Shown piece after piece: positions 28,665 to 40,302 of a stretch of DNA of 64,000 nt. The position numbers were made by a program, and so were the translations under genes. Every line of letters starts with the position of its first letter. The stretch's first letter is position 1. Origin of the DNA: Rhodocyclaceae bacterium (GTDB taxonomy: Bacteria; Pseudomonadota; Gammaproteobacteria; Burkholderiales; Ga0077523); contig JADCHQ010000033.1 in NCBI GenBank assembly GCA_020248405.1, positions 2,791-66,790 on the forward strand. The letters are read 5' to 3'. Under the pieces are notes generated by a model. It was not told the origin of the DNA and ran no database searches. It saw only the letters and a program-made list of their open reading frames with translations.

Positions 28665-30854
28665 ATGAGCATCGATCTGAGCCAGTTCCACACCGTGTTC
28701 TTCGACGAGGCGGCCGAGCATCTTGCCGCCATGGAGTCGAAGCTTCTCGAGCTCGACTTGGGCAACCCGGACCTGGAGGACCTGAACGCCATCTTCCGTT
28801 CAGCCCACTCCATCAAGGGCGGTGCGGGCACCTTCGGCTTCAGTGACATGACGGAAATAACGCACGTGGCCGAGACGCTGCTCGATCATCTGCGCCATGG
28901 GGAACTCGCGCCGACGCGCGACATGGTGGATGCGTTGTTGGCAGCCAAGGACGTGATCCAGGCCCAACTGCAAGCCCACCAGGCGGGGAGCCCCCTGCCC
29001 GCCGATGCGGTGGAGCAGGTGAAGGCACGGCTCGCGGCATTCTCGGGCACTGCGGCGGCGCCTGCTCCCGCGGCCAAAGCGCAGGCAGCGCTCAAGCCGC
29101 TCGGCGACGTGGAGATACGCTTTCACGCGCCAGCCGATGATGCCGCCGCCCCCGATTTGCTGGCGACTTTGGGTGGCTTCGGAGAGGTGGAAGTGGTGGC
29201 TCGTGAGCCGCTGGGCAAGCGGCGCCGCCGCGAGACCGTGCCCAATTGGCATCTGGTGCTGCGCAATACCGCTGCCGAGGACGCGGAGATCCGCGCGCTC
29301 GTGGATTTCGTGATGTCGCCCTCCAACATTTCCCTGAGCCGCCCGCAGGCGGGTACCGAGCTTGCCGGACCCGGCAGCGACGAGGATGCGGGGTGGGGGT
29401 TGTTTGAGCCGGAACCGGCGCCCGTGGGCGCCGCGCCGGTGGCGGCGGCTGCCGGCACGCCCGAGGACGAGGCCACGGCGGGCTTCGGATTTTTCGGCGA
29501 CGCGCCGGGAGCGCTGGCACCCGCCCAGGGGCAGCAGGTGGTCGATGGTGCTGCCGCGGAGGTGGACCGTGCCCCCGGGCGGCGCGCCACGGACAAGCGC
29601 GACTTCGTGTCGGGCCCGGCGGGACGGCGCGAGTACGACCGGGTGCTGGTGGCCTCGGGTGGTGGCGATGCGTCATCCATCCGCGTGAGCGTGGAGAAGG
29701 TGGATCAGCTCATCAATCTGGTGGGCGAGCTGGTCATCACCCAGTCGATCCTGGCCCAGGCCGCCGGGGGGGCGGATTTGGCCCGCCAGGAAACGTTGCG
29801 GGCCGGTATCGATCAGCTGGCGCGCAATAGCCGCGATTTGCAGGAAGCGGTCATGTCCATTCGCATGCTGCCCATTGCCTTCGTGTTCAGCCGCTTCCCC
29901 CGCGTGGTGCGCGACTTGGCTGCCAAGCTGGGCAAGGCGGTGGAACTGGTGACCGTGGGCGAGCAGACCGAGCTGGACAAGGGCGTGATCGAGAAGCTGG
30001 CGGATCCCCTCACCCATTTGGTGAGAAACAGTCTCGACCATGGGCTGGAGACCTCCGAGCAACGGATCGCGGCAGGCAAGCCAGCCACGGGCACGGTGAC
30101 TCTGCGCGCCGGCCATCAGGGCGGCAGCATCGTGATCGAAGTGATCGACGACGGGCGTGGCCTGGACCGTGCCCGGATCCTCGCGAAAGCCCGCGAGCGC
30201 GGCATGCGGGTCGACGACGCCATGTCCGACGCCGAGGTGTTTGCGCTGGTGTTCGAGCCGGGCTTCTCCACCGCCGCCGAGATAACGGACGTTTCCGGGC
30301 GAGGCGTGGGCATGGACGTGGTGCGCCGGAACATCCAGTCCATGGGCGGCAGGGTGGAGATTGCCAGCCGTCCGGGCCAGGGCTCGTCCATCACGATCCG
30401 GCTGCCGCTCACGCTGGCGATCCTGGACGGTATTTCCGTGTCGGTGGGTGAGGAGCTGTTCATCGTTCCGCTCACCGCCATCGTGGAATCGCTGCAGCCC
30501 GCTGCCACCGATATTCGCTCGGTGGCCGGACAGGGCGAGGTGATGCAGGTGCGCGGCGAGTACCTGCCTGTGGTGCGGTTGCACCAGGTCATGGGTCTCA
30601 CGCCGCGCGAGCACGAATACCACCGGGGGATCATGGTGATCACGGAGGCCCATGGCGGGCGTATCGCCCTGTTCGTGGACGCGCTGGTGGGCCAGCACCA
30701 GGTGGTGATCAAGAGTCTGGAGAGCAACTACCGCAAGGTCCGCGGCATATCCGCCGCAACCATCATGGGCGACGGCAAGGTGGCCATGATTTTGGATGCG
30801 GGCGAACTGGTCCGAATGGGAACCAGTGCGCCTGCGCTGGCCAGGGCCGCCTGA
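28665..30854 (+). CDS. cheA: Chemotaxis histidine kinase CheA
   Basis: Hpt domain with HSIKGGAGTFG. The HATPase region has DPLTHLVRNSLDHG, DDGRGLD and GRGVGMDVV. A C-terminal CheW-like domain is present. Confidence 0.93.
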   Translation: MSIDLSQFHTVFFDEAAEHLAAMESKLLELDLGNPDLEDLNAIFRSAHSIKGGAGTFGFSDMTEITHVAETLLDHLRHGELAPTRDMVDALLAAKDVIQAQLQAHQAGSPLPADAVEQVKARLAAFSGTAAAPAPAAKAQAALKPLGDVEIRFHAPADDAAAPDLLATLGGFGEVEVVAREPLGKRRRRETVPNWHLVLRNTAAEDAEIRALVDFVMSPSNISLSRPQAGTELAGPGSDEDAGWGLFEPEPAPVGAAPVAAAAGTPEDEATAGFGFFGDAPGALAPAQGQQVVDGAAAEVDRAPGRRATDKRDFVSGPAGRREYDRVLVASGGGDASSIRVSVEKVDQLINLVGELVITQSILAQAAGGADLARQETLRAGIDQLARNSRDLQEAVMSIRMLPIAFVFSRFPRVVRDLAAKLGKAVELVTVGEQTELDKGVIEKLADPLTHLVRNSLDHGLETSEQRIAAGKPATGTVTLRAGHQGGSIVIEVIDDGRGLDRARILAKARERGMRVDDAMSDAEVFALVFEPGFSTAAEITDVSGRGVGMDVVRRNIQSMGGRVEIASRPGQGSSITIRLPLTLAILDGISVSVGEELFIVPLTAIVESLQPAATDIRSVAGQGEVMQVRGEYLPVVRLHQVMGLTPREHEYHRGIMVITEAHGGRIALFVDALVGQHQVVIKSLESNYRKVRGISAATIMGDGKVAMILDAGELVRMGTSAPALARAA

Positions 30855-30897
30855 CCCAGGCACCTGGCCTTAGTCCGTTCAACGAGAGGGAGATGCA

Positions 30898-33693
30898 GTG
30901 ATGACTACCCGAAATAGCAGTTCCGGCCGCGGTTTCCGGCTGATGCACAAGTTCGCGCTGATTGGCGTGTTCGTCCTCGGGCCGCTGGTGGTGGCCACGT
31001 ACATGCTGTCCTCCAGCCTGGAGGAGGGCATCGTTTTCGCCGAGCAGGAGCTGGTGGGCTCACGCTATCAGGCCAAGGTGCGCGCGGTGGTGGAACCGCT
31101 GCAAGCGCATCGAGGCGCTACGGTAGCCATCCGGCGCGGCGAGCAGGGTTTCGAAGCGGCCCGCGACACAGCCCGCAGCGCCCTCGACCAGGCCATGGCA
31201 GCGCTGGTTGCCGAGGACGCCGCGCTGGGAGCGCGGCTCGATACGGGCGATCGCGTCTCCAAGCTGGCGGGACGCGTCTCTGAACTCAAGGCGCTGCCGG
31301 CCACGGGGTCGCCGGAGGAGGCCTTCCGCCTGCACTCCGATGTGGTGAGACAGACGCTTGCCCTCATGGATCACGTCAGCAACACGTCGCTGCTGGCGCT
31401 CGACCCGGACGCCGACAGCTATCACACCATCAACCTCTACACGGTGAGCCTGCCGAGGATGGCGGAAAAGGCAGCCCAGATGCGCGCCGCGGCGGTGTCG
31501 GCGGCCCTGAAGGGTCGCCTGGATACCCAGGAGCGCTACGATCTGGGGCAGGCCGTCGGTGCGGCACAGGGCTTGCGGGAAGCGGCCGATAGCTCCCTGA
31601 CCCAGGCTGCTCTGGCGAACAATGCTCTGCACGAACCTCTGGATAGATCCGCGAACGGCTTGCGCACCAACATGGATGCGTTTGCCCGCATGGTGGAGGA
31701 GGACATCGTCAAGGCTGGACGTATCACCGTAAAGCCAACCGTGGTGTTCGACACCGGTACTGCCGCGGTCACCGCCAGCTGGAAACTGTTTGATGCGGCC
31801 TTGCCGGCCGCCGACGGGTTGCTGGAGGCGCGGGTGGCGCGTCTGAGCAGCCGGAAGTGGACCATCCTGTCCACGGTGGCCATTGCCGCGCTGCTGGGCA
31901 TTGCCCTCACCGTGTTCATGCTGGCCCGGGGCGTGTTGCGGCCCCTGCGCCAGAGCATGACCTTCGCCGGCGCCATTGCCGACGGCAAGCTGGACAACGA
32001 GGTGGCGGTTCGCGGTAGCGACGAACTGTCGGAACTGCTGCACGCCCTGGTGCGCATGCAGACGGACCTGCGCACCCGCATCGAGGCCGAACGCATTGCG
32101 GCCACCGAGAACGCCCGCATCGCCATCGCCCTGGAAAACGCTTCCACCAACGTGATGATCGTGGACGGCGAGGGTGTCATTCGCTACGTGAACGCGGCCC
32201 TCACGGCGATGATGACGGCCAACGAGGCCGAAATCCGCAAGGACGTGCCGGGCTTCCGCGTGCAAGGCCTGGTGGGACGGGCTTTCGAGGAGTATTGCAA
32301 CGTGGCGCAGCACGGCAACCTGCTCTCAAACCTGAAGGGAACCCAGCGCTCCAGCCTGCGGGTGGGCGCCTGTCATTTCGACCTGGTGGCGAGCCCGGTG
32401 CTGGATGGCAACGGCGTGCGCATCGGTTCGGTGGTGGAGTGGAACGACCGCACCCGCGAAGTGCAGGCCGAGACGGAAATCGCCACCACCGTGGCGGCTG
32501 TGGCCAACGGCGACTTCAGCACCCGCATCGAATTGGAAGGCAAGCAGGGCTTTTTCCGGCAGGTGGCAGAGGGCATGAACCGTGTTGCCGACGCTACGGA
32601 GCAGGGACTTACCGAGGTGAACCGGGTGATGTCGGCCCTGGCCCAGGGCGACTTGACCCAGCGCGTGAACGGCGACTTCCAAGGCGCCTTCGCCGCGCTG
32701 CAGAATGACTCCAACGCCTCCACGGAACGCTTGCACGAGCTGCTGAACCAGATCCGCCAGTCGGCCGATGCCATCACAACCGCGTCGAAGGAGATCGCCG
32801 CGGGCAACTCCGATCTGTCGCAGCGCACCGAGGAGCAGGCCTCCAGCCTTGAAGAAACCGCCAGCTCCATGGAAGAGCTAACCTCCACGGTGAAGCAAAA
32901 CGCCGAGAACGCCAAGCAGGCCAACCAGCTTGCCATCGGCGCCTCGGATGTGGCGGTGAGGGGGGGCGACGTGGTGGCCGAGGTGGTGACCACCATGCAG
33001 GGCATCAACGAGAGCGCCCGCAAGATCGTGGACATCATCTCGGTGATCGACGGCATCGCCTTCCAGACCAACATCCTGGCCCTTAACGCCGCGGTAGAAG
33101 CGGCGCGGGCGGGTGAACAGGGACGGGGTTTTGCCGTGGTGGCCACGGAAGTACGAAACCTCGCCCAGCGCTCGGCTGCTGCTGCGAAGGAAATCAAGAC
33201 CTTGATTTCCGATTCGGTCAGCAAGGTGGAGTCTGGCAGCCGCCTCGTGGACCAGGCCGGGCAGACCATGCAGGAGATCGTGGGGTCGGTGAAGCGCGTG
33301 ACCGACATCATGAGCGAGATCACTGCGGCGTCGGTGGAGCAAAGCGCCGGTATCGAGCAGGTCAACCAGGCTGTCACGCAGATGGACGAGGTGACGCAGC
33401 AGAACGCCGCGCTGGTGGAACAAGCTGCCGCGGCGGCCGAAAGTCTCGAAGAACAGGCCCAGTCTCTGGCTCGGGCGTGCTCGGTGTTCCATCTTGCCGA
33501 TGGGGAGACGCTCAAAAGCGAGCCCGTGAAGGCGGCAGTACCCGACTTTGCGGAGCGACGCGGTGCGAATCGCGCCCGCAACGTGGAGCGTCTGCCGGCC
33601 AAGCGCGCGGCGGGCAAGGTCTCCGCGGGCGGGGCTGCCGATCGTGAGCCAGTGGCTCCCACGGGCACTGGCGATGACTGGGCAAGTTTCTGA
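30898..33693 (+). CDS. Methyl-accepting chemotaxis protein with a large periplasmic domain, HAMP, PAS and MA domains, and a C-terminal xWxxF tail
   Basis: It has one N-terminal TM segment and a second TM near codon 320. The PAS-like segment is [31 protein letters not shown]. The MA core is [40 protein letters not shown]. The protein ends GTGDDWASF. The start could be ATG 30901. Confidence 0.9.
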   Translation: MMTTRNSSSGRGFRLMHKFALIGVFVLGPLVVATYMLSSSLEEGIVFAEQELVGSRYQAKVRAVVEPLQAHRGATVAIRRGEQGFEAARDTARSALDQAMAALVAEDAALGARLDTGDRVSKLAGRVSELKALPATGSPEEAFRLHSDVVRQTLALMDHVSNTSLLALDPDADSYHTINLYTVSLPRMAEKAAQMRAAAVSAALKGRLDTQERYDLGQAVGAAQGLREAADSSLTQAALANNALHEPLDRSANGLRTNMDAFARMVEEDIVKAGRITVKPTVVFDTGTAAVTASWKLFDAALPAADGLLEARVARLSSRKWTILSTVAIAALLGIALTVFMLARGVLRPLRQSMTFAGAIADGKLDNEVAVRGSDELSELLHALVRMQTDLRTRIEAERIAATENARIAIALENASTNVMIVDGEGVIRYVNAALTAMMTANEAEIRKDVPGFRVQGLVGRAFEEYCNVAQHGNLLSNLKGTQRSSLRVGACHFDLVASPVLDGNGVRIGSVVEWNDRTREVQAETEIATTVAAVANGDFSTRIELEGKQGFFRQVAEGMNRVADATEQGLTEVNRVMSALAQGDLTQRVNGDFQGAFAALQNDSNASTERLHELLNQIRQSADAITTASKEIAAGNSDLSQRTEEQASSLEETASSMEELTSTVKQNAENAKQANQLAIGASDVAVRGGDVVAEVVTTMQGINESARKIVDIISVIDGIAFQTNILALNAAVEAARAGEQGRGFAVVATEVRNLAQRSAAAAKEIKTLISDSVSKVESGSRLVDQAGQTMQEIVGSVKRVTDIMSEITAASVEQSAGIEQVNQAVTQMDEVTQQNAALVEQAAAAAESLEEQAQSLARACSVFHLADGETLKSEPVKAAVPDFAERRGANRARNVERLPAKRAAGKVSAGGAADREPVAPTGTGDDWASF

Positions 33694-33777
33694 AAAACCG
33701 CGTTCCAGGGACGCCCGTCGGGGCGTCCCGCCGCCGGCCAGGCGGAAGGTCTAGTCACACTTCAAGGAGCAGCACTC

Positions 33778-34287
33778 ATGAACGCGCAGAACGGCCTGGA
33801 CAGATCCGCTCCTGGTGCGCAGTTGCAAGCGATGGAGGGAAGGGAGTTTCTGACCTTTCGCCTTGGCGCCGAGGAGTACGGCATCGAGATTCTCAAGGTG
33901 CAGGAGATCCGCGGATACGATGCCGTGACACGGCTCGCTAACGCGCCTGAATTCATCAAGGGCGTGATCAACCTTCGAGGGGTGATCGTGCCGATCGTCG
34001 ATTTGCGCATCAAGTTCGGCGTGGCCGAGCCGGTGTATGACCAGTTCACGGTGGTGATCGTGCTCAACGTGGGCGGCCGTGTGGTGGGTGCCGTGGTGGA
34101 TAGCGTCTCGGACGTTCTCACCCTGGAACCCGACCAGATGCGGGCGGCGCCGCAGTTTTCGTCGAGTTTCGACACGAGCCACCTGACGGGGCTCGCGTCG
34201 CTGGACGAGCGCATGCTCATCCTGGTGGATATCGAGCGCTTGATGTTGTCGGCCGACATGGCGCTCATCGACGGACCGGTGCACTGA
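33778..34287 (+). CDS. cheW: Chemotaxis coupling protein CheW
   Basis: Diagnostic sequence: [46 protein letters not shown]. Confidence 0.92.
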   Translation: MNAQNGLDRSAPGAQLQAMEGREFLTFRLGAEEYGIEILKVQEIRGYDAVTRLANAPEFIKGVINLRGVIVPIVDLRIKFGVAEPVYDQFTVVIVLNVGGRVVGAVVDSVSDVLTLEPDQMRAAPQFSSSFDTSHLTGLASLDERMLILVDIERLMLSADMALIDGPVH

Positions 34288-34288
34288 G

Positions 34289-35182
34289 GTGGCCAGGGCG
34301 AGCCGGGAATCTGCCCCCGCGCCCTCCATGACTGGCGCGGAGGAGGGCCAGCGCGAGTTCCAGTACACGGCGGCTGACTTCGAGCGGGTTCGCGCCCTCA
34401 TTCATCGGCGCGCTGGAATCTCGCTGTCCGTGCAGAAGGCCGACATGGTCTACAGCCGGCTCGCGCGCCGGCTGCGCTCTCTTGGGTTAAAGCGCTTTTG
34501 CGACTATCTCGATGCGCTCGAGACGGATTCCGGCCCTGAGTGGGAGGCGTTCACGAACTCGCTGACCACCAACCTGACAGCCTTTTTTCGAGAGGCGCAT
34601 CACTTCCCGGTGCTGTCGGAGCACCTGCTCGCGCGCCGCGGTTCCGGGCGTCTCATGCTCTGGTGCTGCGCCGCTTCCACTGGTGAGGAACCCTATTCCA
34701 TCGCCATGACGGCGGTGGAGGCCTTTGGCGGTTTCGATGCGCCGGTTTCCATCCTGGCGACCGATGTGGACACCCAGGTGCTGCGCAAGGCCGAGGCGGG
34801 GGTGTACACGGCGGAGCGGTTGGAGCGCATGCCCGAGCATCAGAAGCAGCGGTTTTTCCTCCGCGGTACGGGCGCCCAGACCGGGATGGTTCGGGTACGC
34901 CCGGAGCTGCAGCGCATGGTGACCTTCCGGGCGCTCAACCTGCTCGATTCGAGCTGGCCGTTGCGCGGACCCTTCGATGCGATCTTCTGCCGCAACGTGA
35001 TGATCTACTTCGACAAGGCAACCCAGGCGGGCATTCTGCGACGGTTTGCGCCGCTGCTCAGGTCCGATGGACTCCTGTTCGTGGGGCACTCGGAAAGCCT
35101 GTTTCACGTGGCGGACGCATTCAAGCTGCGAGGCAAGACCGTTTACGAGCGCTGCTTGGGGAGGGGCCGCGATGCCGCGTGA
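34289..35182 (+). CDS. cheR: Chemotaxis protein methyltransferase CheR
   Basis: Diagnostic sequence: FTNSLTTNLTAFFREAHHF, WCCAASTGEEPYSIAM, IFCRNVMIYFD. Confidence 0.92.
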   Translation: MARASRESAPAPSMTGAEEGQREFQYTAADFERVRALIHRRAGISLSVQKADMVYSRLARRLRSLGLKRFCDYLDALETDSGPEWEAFTNSLTTNLTAFFREAHHFPVLSEHLLARRGSGRLMLWCCAASTGEEPYSIAMTAVEAFGGFDAPVSILATDVDTQVLRKAEAGVYTAERLERMPEHQKQRFFLRGTGAQTGMVRVRPELQRMVTFRALNLLDSSWPLRGPFDAIFCRNVMIYFDKATQAGILRRFAPLLRSDGLLFVGHSESLFHVADAFKLRGKTVYERCLGRGRDAA

Positions 35183-35789
35183 CGCGAAGGCGTTCGATCC
35201 GCATCTCGCGACGGCGCTGTATACCGAGCGCACGTTTGGTTGCGACGCGGTGAAGGTGCTGCCCGGCGAGTATTACGTGAGCGACCAGGACATGGCGCTG
35301 GTGACCACGCTGGGTTCCTGCGTGTCGGCCTGTATTCGGGACGTACGCACGGGCTTGGGCGGCATGAATCATTTCATGCTGCCGGACACGGCCGAGGGAT
35401 CCGACCCGGCCGCGGCGTCGGCGCGCTATGGCACCTTTGCCATGGAATTGCTCATCAACGAACTTCTCAAGCGCGGCGCGCGGCGTGAGTCGCTGGAAGC
35501 CAAGGTGTTCGGCGGCGGCAATGTCCTTGCAGGAATGACGCGGGTGAACGTGGGGGAACGCAATGCCCGGTTCGTGCTGCAGTTCCTGCAGGTGGAGCGC
35601 ATCCGGGTGGCGGCGCGTGACCTGCTCGATGAGTTTCCGAGAAAGGTCTACTTCTTTCCTGCAAAAGGACGAGTCCTGGTGAAGAAGCTGCGCACAACCC
35701 AGTACCACGTGTTGATCGACCGCGAAAACAGCTATCTGCGGGAACTGGCGCGGGGCGGGCCGGCCGGTGACGTGGAGTTGTTCTCATGA
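35172..35789 (+). CDS. cheD: Chemoreceptor glutamine deamidase CheD
   Basis: Internal ATG of track ORF 35046..35789. Diagnostic sequence is [37 protein letters not shown]. It overlaps the cheR stop. Confidence 0.9.
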   Translation: MPRDAKAFDPHLATALYTERTFGCDAVKVLPGEYYVSDQDMALVTTLGSCVSACIRDVRTGLGGMNHFMLPDTAEGSDPAAASARYGTFAMELLINELLKRGARRESLEAKVFGGGNVLAGMTRVNVGERNARFVLQFLQVERIRVAARDLLDEFPRKVYFFPAKGRVLVKKLRTTQYHVLIDRENSYLRELARGGPAGDVELFS

Positions 35790-36883
35790 ACGCGCCAGTG
35801 GCAGCCGCGCGGCAGATACGCGTCCTGGTGGTGGACGACTCGGCGCTGGTGCGACGGGTGCTGCGGGAGCTGATCGAGCATGAGCCTGACATGAAAGTGG
35901 TGGGTGCGGCGCCGGATCCGCTGGTGGCGCGGGAGATGATTCGCGCCCTGTCCCCTGATGTGATCACGCTGGACGTGGAAATGCCGCGCATGGACGGGCT
36001 GGAGTTTCTCGAACGCCTGATGCGCCTGAGGCCCATGCCGGTGATCATGGTTTCTTCCATCACGGAGCGGGGTTCGGAGGCGGCGTTGCGGGCACTGGAG
36101 CTGGGCGCAGTGGATTTCGTTGCCAAGCCCAAGCTCGACATCGCCGGCGGGTTGCGCGAGTACGGCCAGGAGATCACGGAGAAAATTCGTGCGGCATCCA
36201 CGGCGCGGGTGCGCCGGGCACCTCCCCGGCTGGATGTGGGCCCGGCGTTGAGCGTGGACGCCGTGCTTGCGGCACAGCCACGCAAGGTGCTGGGTACCGA
36301 GAAGGTGTTGGCGGTGGGCGCAAGCACCGGGGGCACGGAGGCCATCCTGGAGGTGTTGGCGGCACTGCCGCCAGACTGTCCGGGGGTGGTGGTGACACAA
36401 CACATGCCACAGGCTTTCACCCGTTCTTTCGCTGCGCGCCTGGATTCCCTGTGCCGCATTCGGGTGAAGGAAGCCGAGGGCGGTGAGCGCGTGTTGCCGG
36501 GGCATGCCTATGTGGCCCCGGGCAACGCCCACCTGCTGTTGGAGCGAAGCGGCGCCAATTACGTGGTCAGGCTGTCCGACGGCCCGCCGGTGAATCGTCA
36601 CCGGCCCGCCGTGGACGTGCTGTTCCGGTCGGTGGCCAATGCCGCCGGGCGCAATGCCATTGGCGTTCTTCTCACCGGCATGGGGAAGGACGGCGCCGCG
36701 GGAATGTTGGAATTGAAGCAGGCCGGCGCCTGGACCATTGCCCAGGACGAGGCGAGCTGCGTGGTCTATGGCATGCCGCGCGAGGCGGTGGCTCTGGGGG
36801 CGGTGGAGGAGTCGGTTCCCCTGGATTTCATCGCCAGGCGAGTGCTGGAGAAGGTCGGGCGGGACCGTGCCGTGCGGGTTTGA
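35786..36883 (+). CDS. cheB: Protein-glutamate methylesterase/glutaminase CheB
   Basis: The receiver domain has [11 protein letters not shown] and [12 protein letters not shown]. The esterase domain has GASTGGTEA and VTQHMP. It overlaps cheD by 4 nt. Confidence 0.93.
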   Translation: MNAPVAAARQIRVLVVDDSALVRRVLRELIEHEPDMKVVGAAPDPLVAREMIRALSPDVITLDVEMPRMDGLEFLERLMRLRPMPVIMVSSITERGSEAALRALELGAVDFVAKPKLDIAGGLREYGQEITEKIRAASTARVRRAPPRLDVGPALSVDAVLAAQPRKVLGTEKVLAVGASTGGTEAILEVLAALPPDCPGVVVTQHMPQAFTRSFAARLDSLCRIRVKEAEGGERVLPGHAYVAPGNAHLLLERSGANYVVRLSDGPPVNRHRPAVDVLFRSVANAAGRNAIGVLLTGMGKDGAAGMLELKQAGAWTIAQDEASCVVYGMPREAVALGAVEESVPLDFIARRVLEKVGRDRAVRV

Positions 36884-36949
36884 AGCCGGTCATCGCCAGG
36901 GCTGTTCCGAGGGAATTCGAACTCACGTTTCTCAGAAAAGGACGTTTTC

Positions 36950-37255
36950 ATGAACACTCAAATTGCCCATACCAACGGCAAGTCCGTCATTCGCCTTGCA
37001 GGCCGATTCGACTTCAATGCCCACCGCACCTTTCGCGATGCCTACGAGCCGCAGCTGCGCGACGCGCAGGTGCGAGAGTTGGAGGTTGACCTGGGTCAGG
37101 TGGATTACCTGGATAGCTCCGCCCTTGGCATGTTACTGATCCTGAAAGAAAAAGCAGCTGCCAGCGCCAAGGCGGTGGCGCTTGCAAATTGCCGCGGGAC
37201 GGTGCGGCAGGTATTGGACATCGCCAACTTCGGCAAGCTTTTCCGCATGGACTGA
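36950..37255 (+). CDS. STAS-domain protein (anti-sigma-factor antagonist / SpoIIAA-like)
   Basis: 101 aa with ..LEVDLGQVDYLDSSALGMLLILKEK... It is the last gene of the che cluster and is followed by a terminator. Confidence 0.75.
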   Translation: MNTQIAHTNGKSVIRLAGRFDFNAHRTFRDAYEPQLRDAQVRELEVDLGQVDYLDSSALGMLLILKEKAAASAKAVALANCRGTVRQVLDIANFGKLFRMD

Positions 37256-37295
37256 CGGGCGGGGGCCTCGCGGCAGGCGCAGTGGAGCCGCGGCG

Positions 37296-37324
37296 AAGGC
37301 CGGGTTGGAGGCCGCGGCCTTTTC
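37296..37324 (+). terminator. Rho-independent terminator after the che cluster
   Basis: AAGGCCG (37296-37302) pairs with CGGCCTT (37315-37321). The hairpin is followed by TTTC. Confidence 0.55.
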
Positions 37325-37346
37325 GGCTATATTCGCACCTCTTTTC

Positions 37347-37423
37347 AGGCGCGTAGCTCAGCTGGTTAGAGCACCACCTTGACATGGTGGGGGTCGTTGG
37401 TTCGAGTCCAATCGCGCCTACCA
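37347..37423 (+). tRNA. tRNA-Val (anticodon GAC)
   Basis: The cloverleaf folds by hand. The acceptor stem is AGGCGCG/CGCGCCT, the anticodon stem is CCACC/GGTGG, and the loop is TTGACAT. The T-arm is GTTGG TTCGAGT CCAAT. A 3' CCA is encoded. Confidence 0.9.
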
Positions 37424-37507
37424 ACAAACCCGAAATCAGTTTGAAGCCCTCGTTGAGGTGCCGCCGGATGCTGCCCGTGGCCGCGTTCGGGGCCTCGTGA
37501 CAATGCC

Positions 37508-39424
37508 ATGCTCAAGGTTCGATTGCCCGATGGGGCGACGCGCGAGTTTCCTGGTCCCGTGACCGTTGCGGCACTCGCCGCGTCCATTGGTCCGGGTCTT
37601 GCTAAGGCCGCCTTGGCCGGGCGGGTGAACGGTCGTCTCGTGGACCTCTCCCACGTGATCGATGCCGACGCCGAAGTGGCCATCGTCACTGCTCGTGACG
37701 CCCAGGGCGTGGAGGTGCTGCGGCATTCCACGGCGCACCTGCTTGCGCACGCCGTAAAACAGCTTTACCCCGAGGCACAGGTCACCATCGGCCCGGTGAT
37801 CGACAACGGTTTCTACTACGACTTCTCTTATCAGCGTCCATTTACCCCGGACGACCTGGCAGCTATCGAGGATCGGATGGCGCAGCTCGCGCAGCAGGAT
37901 ATTCCTGTGCATCGCGAGCAATGGTCGCGCAACGACGCGGTGCGTTTTTTTCGAGAGCAGGGGGAGCATTACAAGGCTGAAATCATCGATTCCATCCCCG
38001 AGGCGGAGCCCCTTTCACTGTACCGCCAGGACGACTTCATCGATCTCTGTCGCGGGCCCCACGTGCCCTCCACGGGCCGCCTGCGGATTTTCAAGCTCAT
38101 GAAGGTCGCCGGAGCTTACTGGCGAGGGGACGCCCGAAACGAGATGCTCCAGCGCATCTACGGAACTGCCTGGGGCGATCGCAAGGAGCTCGATGCCTAT
38201 CTGCACATGCTGGAAGAGGCCGACAAGCGCGACCACCGCAAGATCGGCAGGCAGCTGGATCTCTTCCACGTGCAGGACGAGGCGCCCGGAATGGTGTTCT
38301 GGCACCCCCACGGCTGGACGCTCTGGCAGCAGATCGAGCAGTACATGCGTCGCGTGCTGTCGGCCGCAGGCTATCAGGAAGTCCGCACGCCCATGGTGAT
38401 GGATCGGGTGCTTTGGGAGAAGTCCGGGCACTGGGAAAACTACCGCGAGCACATGTTCACCACGGCCTCTGAAAACCGCGACTACGCGGTGAAGCCGATG
38501 AACTGCCCCGGGCATGTCCAGATTTTCAATCAGGGCCTCCGGAGTTACCGGGACCTGCCCCTGCGGCTCGCGGAGTTTGGTTCCTGCCACCGCAACGAGC
38601 CCTCGGGCGCGTTGCACGGCATCATGCGGGTTCGGGCCTTCACCCAGGATGACGCGCACATTTTCTGCCGCGAAGACCAGGTGCAGCAGGAGGCGGCGGA
38701 CTTCATCGATCTCTTGCAGCGTGTGTACAGCGATTTCGGTTTTCAGGACATCCTGGTGAAGCTTTCCACCCGCCCAGCAAAACGCATTGGCGAGGATGCC
38801 ACTTGGGACCGGGCTGAAGCGGCCCTGCGTGCAGCGCTGGACGGGAAGGCTCTGGCCTGGGACCTCAATCCGGGAGAGGGTGCCTTCTACGGCCCGAAGA
38901 TCGAGTTCTCCCTCAAGGATTCCATCGGCAGGGTGTGGCAATGCGGCACCCTGCAACTCGATTTCGCGCTCCCCGGGCGCTTGGGCGCCGAGTTCATTGA
39001 CGAGGACAACACCCGCAAGGTGCCGGTCATGTTGCATCGGGCCATCCTGGGGTCGCTGGAACGTTTTATCGGCATCCTCGTCGAGAACCATGCAGGCGCC
39101 ATGCCGCTGTGGCTCTCCCCGGTTCAGGTGGTGGTCATGAACATCTCGGAGGCCCAGTCGGCCTACGCCAACCGCGTGGCCGCTGCCCTCAAAGGGGCTG
39201 GGTTGCGCGTAAGGTGCGACTTGAGAAACGAGAAAATTAACTATAAGATTCGGGAACATAGTTTGCAGAAGCTGCCCTTTCAGGTCATCGTCGGTGACAA
39301 GGAAGTGGCGGCAAACCAAGTAGCCGTGCGTGTGCGCGGGGGGCGAGACCTCGGGGCGATGAGCATCCAAGATCTTCTCGACATACTCCGCAAGGAGCTC
39401 CCGCTGTCGACGAGTGCGGCCTGA
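37508..39424 (+). CDS. thrS: Threonine--tRNA ligase
   Basis: 638 aa. It starts MLKVRLPDG (TGS domain). The class II core has [14 protein letters not shown] and [16 protein letters not shown]. Confidence 0.95.
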   Translation: MLKVRLPDGATREFPGPVTVAALAASIGPGLAKAALAGRVNGRLVDLSHVIDADAEVAIVTARDAQGVEVLRHSTAHLLAHAVKQLYPEAQVTIGPVIDNGFYYDFSYQRPFTPDDLAAIEDRMAQLAQQDIPVHREQWSRNDAVRFFREQGEHYKAEIIDSIPEAEPLSLYRQDDFIDLCRGPHVPSTGRLRIFKLMKVAGAYWRGDARNEMLQRIYGTAWGDRKELDAYLHMLEEADKRDHRKIGRQLDLFHVQDEAPGMVFWHPHGWTLWQQIEQYMRRVLSAAGYQEVRTPMVMDRVLWEKSGHWENYREHMFTTASENRDYAVKPMNCPGHVQIFNQGLRSYRDLPLRLAEFGSCHRNEPSGALHGIMRVRAFTQDDAHIFCREDQVQQEAADFIDLLQRVYSDFGFQDILVKLSTRPAKRIGEDATWDRAEAALRAALDGKALAWDLNPGEGAFYGPKIEFSLKDSIGRVWQCGTLQLDFALPGRLGAEFIDEDNTRKVPVMLHRAILGSLERFIGILVENHAGAMPLWLSPVQVVVMNISEAQSAYANRVAAALKGAGLRVRCDLRNEKINYKIREHSLQKLPFQVIVGDKEVAANQVAVRVRGGRDLGAMSIQDLLDILRKELPLSTSAA

Positions 39425-39451
39425 TTTCTGATTGTTTTAGGAGTTAACCCG

Positions 39452-39973
39452 ATCGTTCAGGAACGTGAGTTGCGGATCAACGGCGAGATTTCTTCGCCGG
39501 AGGTCCGTCTGGTCGGCGCCAATGGCGAGCCGATAGGAGTGGTGAGTCTTGGCGAGGCCAACCGGCTTGCCGAAGAGGCGGAGCTGGATCTGGTGGAAAT
39601 AGCGCCCACGGCCCAGCCGCCGGTGGTGCGGATCATGGACTTCGGCAAGTTCAAGTATTCCGAAGCAAAACGCCGGCATGAAGCCAAGCTCAAGCAAAAA
39701 CAGATTCAGGTCAAGGAGATCAAGTTTCGGCCTGGCACCGATGAGGGTGATTACCAGATTAAGTTGCGCAATTTGATCCGCTTCCTTCAGGAAGGGGACA
39801 AGACCAAGGTGACGTTGCGGTTCCGCGGTCGGGAAATGGCCCACCAGGAGTTTGGTGTGCGACTGCTGGAGAGGGTCAAGGGAGATCTCGATCCTTTCGG
39901 AGTGGTGGAGCAGTTTCCGAAACTGGAGGGCCGACAGATGGTGATGGTGCTGGCCCCGAAACGGAAAGCTTAG
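39452..39973 (+). CDS. infC: Translation initiation factor IF-3, non-AUG start (AUC 39452 preferred; AUU 39431 is the alternative)
   Basis: Track ORF 39470..39973 begins RINGEI.., which is internal to IF-3. The same frame is open back to the thrS stop. TAGGAG at 39438-39443 sits 8 nt before ATC 39452, giving (M)[12 protein letters not shown].. The conserved core is [32 protein letters not shown]. Confidence 0.85.
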   Translation: MVQERELRINGEISSPEVRLVGANGEPIGVVSLGEANRLAEEAELDLVEIAPTAQPPVVRIMDFGKFKYSEAKRRHEAKLKQKQIQVKEIKFRPGTDEGDYQIKLRNLIRFLQEGDKTKVTLRFRGREMAHQEFGVRLLERVKGDLDPFGVVEQFPKLEGRQMVMVLAPKRKA

Positions 39974-40091
39974 AGTTTTGCAGTTCCAGGCACGGCTGGC
40001 CCCGTGCCTGCCATAAGTGATGTCCGGGCCGCCAAGTGCGGTCTCCGTCTGACCGACGCCCGGCGTCATGTTCCAAGAAAGGAGTCGGCCC

Positions 40092-40289
40092 ATGCCGAAG
40101 ATGAAGACGAAAAGCGGGGCGGCAAAGCGCTTCCGCGCCCAGGGCAGCGGTGGCATCAAGCGCACCAAGGCATTTCTGCGCCACATCCTGACCAAGAAGA
40201 CCACCAAGCGCAAGCGCGGCATGCGTGGCATGGTCCAGGTGCATGACACGAACGAGAAGTCCGTGCGTGCCATGATGCCTTACGCCTGA
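40092..40289 (+). CDS. rpmI: 50S ribosomal protein L35
   Basis: Internal ATG of track ORF 40068..40289, giving [24 protein letters not shown]. Confidence 0.93.
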   Translation: MPKMKTKSGAAKRFRAQGSGGIKRTKAFLRHILTKKTTKRKRGMRGMVQVHDTNEKSVRAMMPYA

Positions 40290-40302
40290 CGGGAGAGTCG
40301 CC

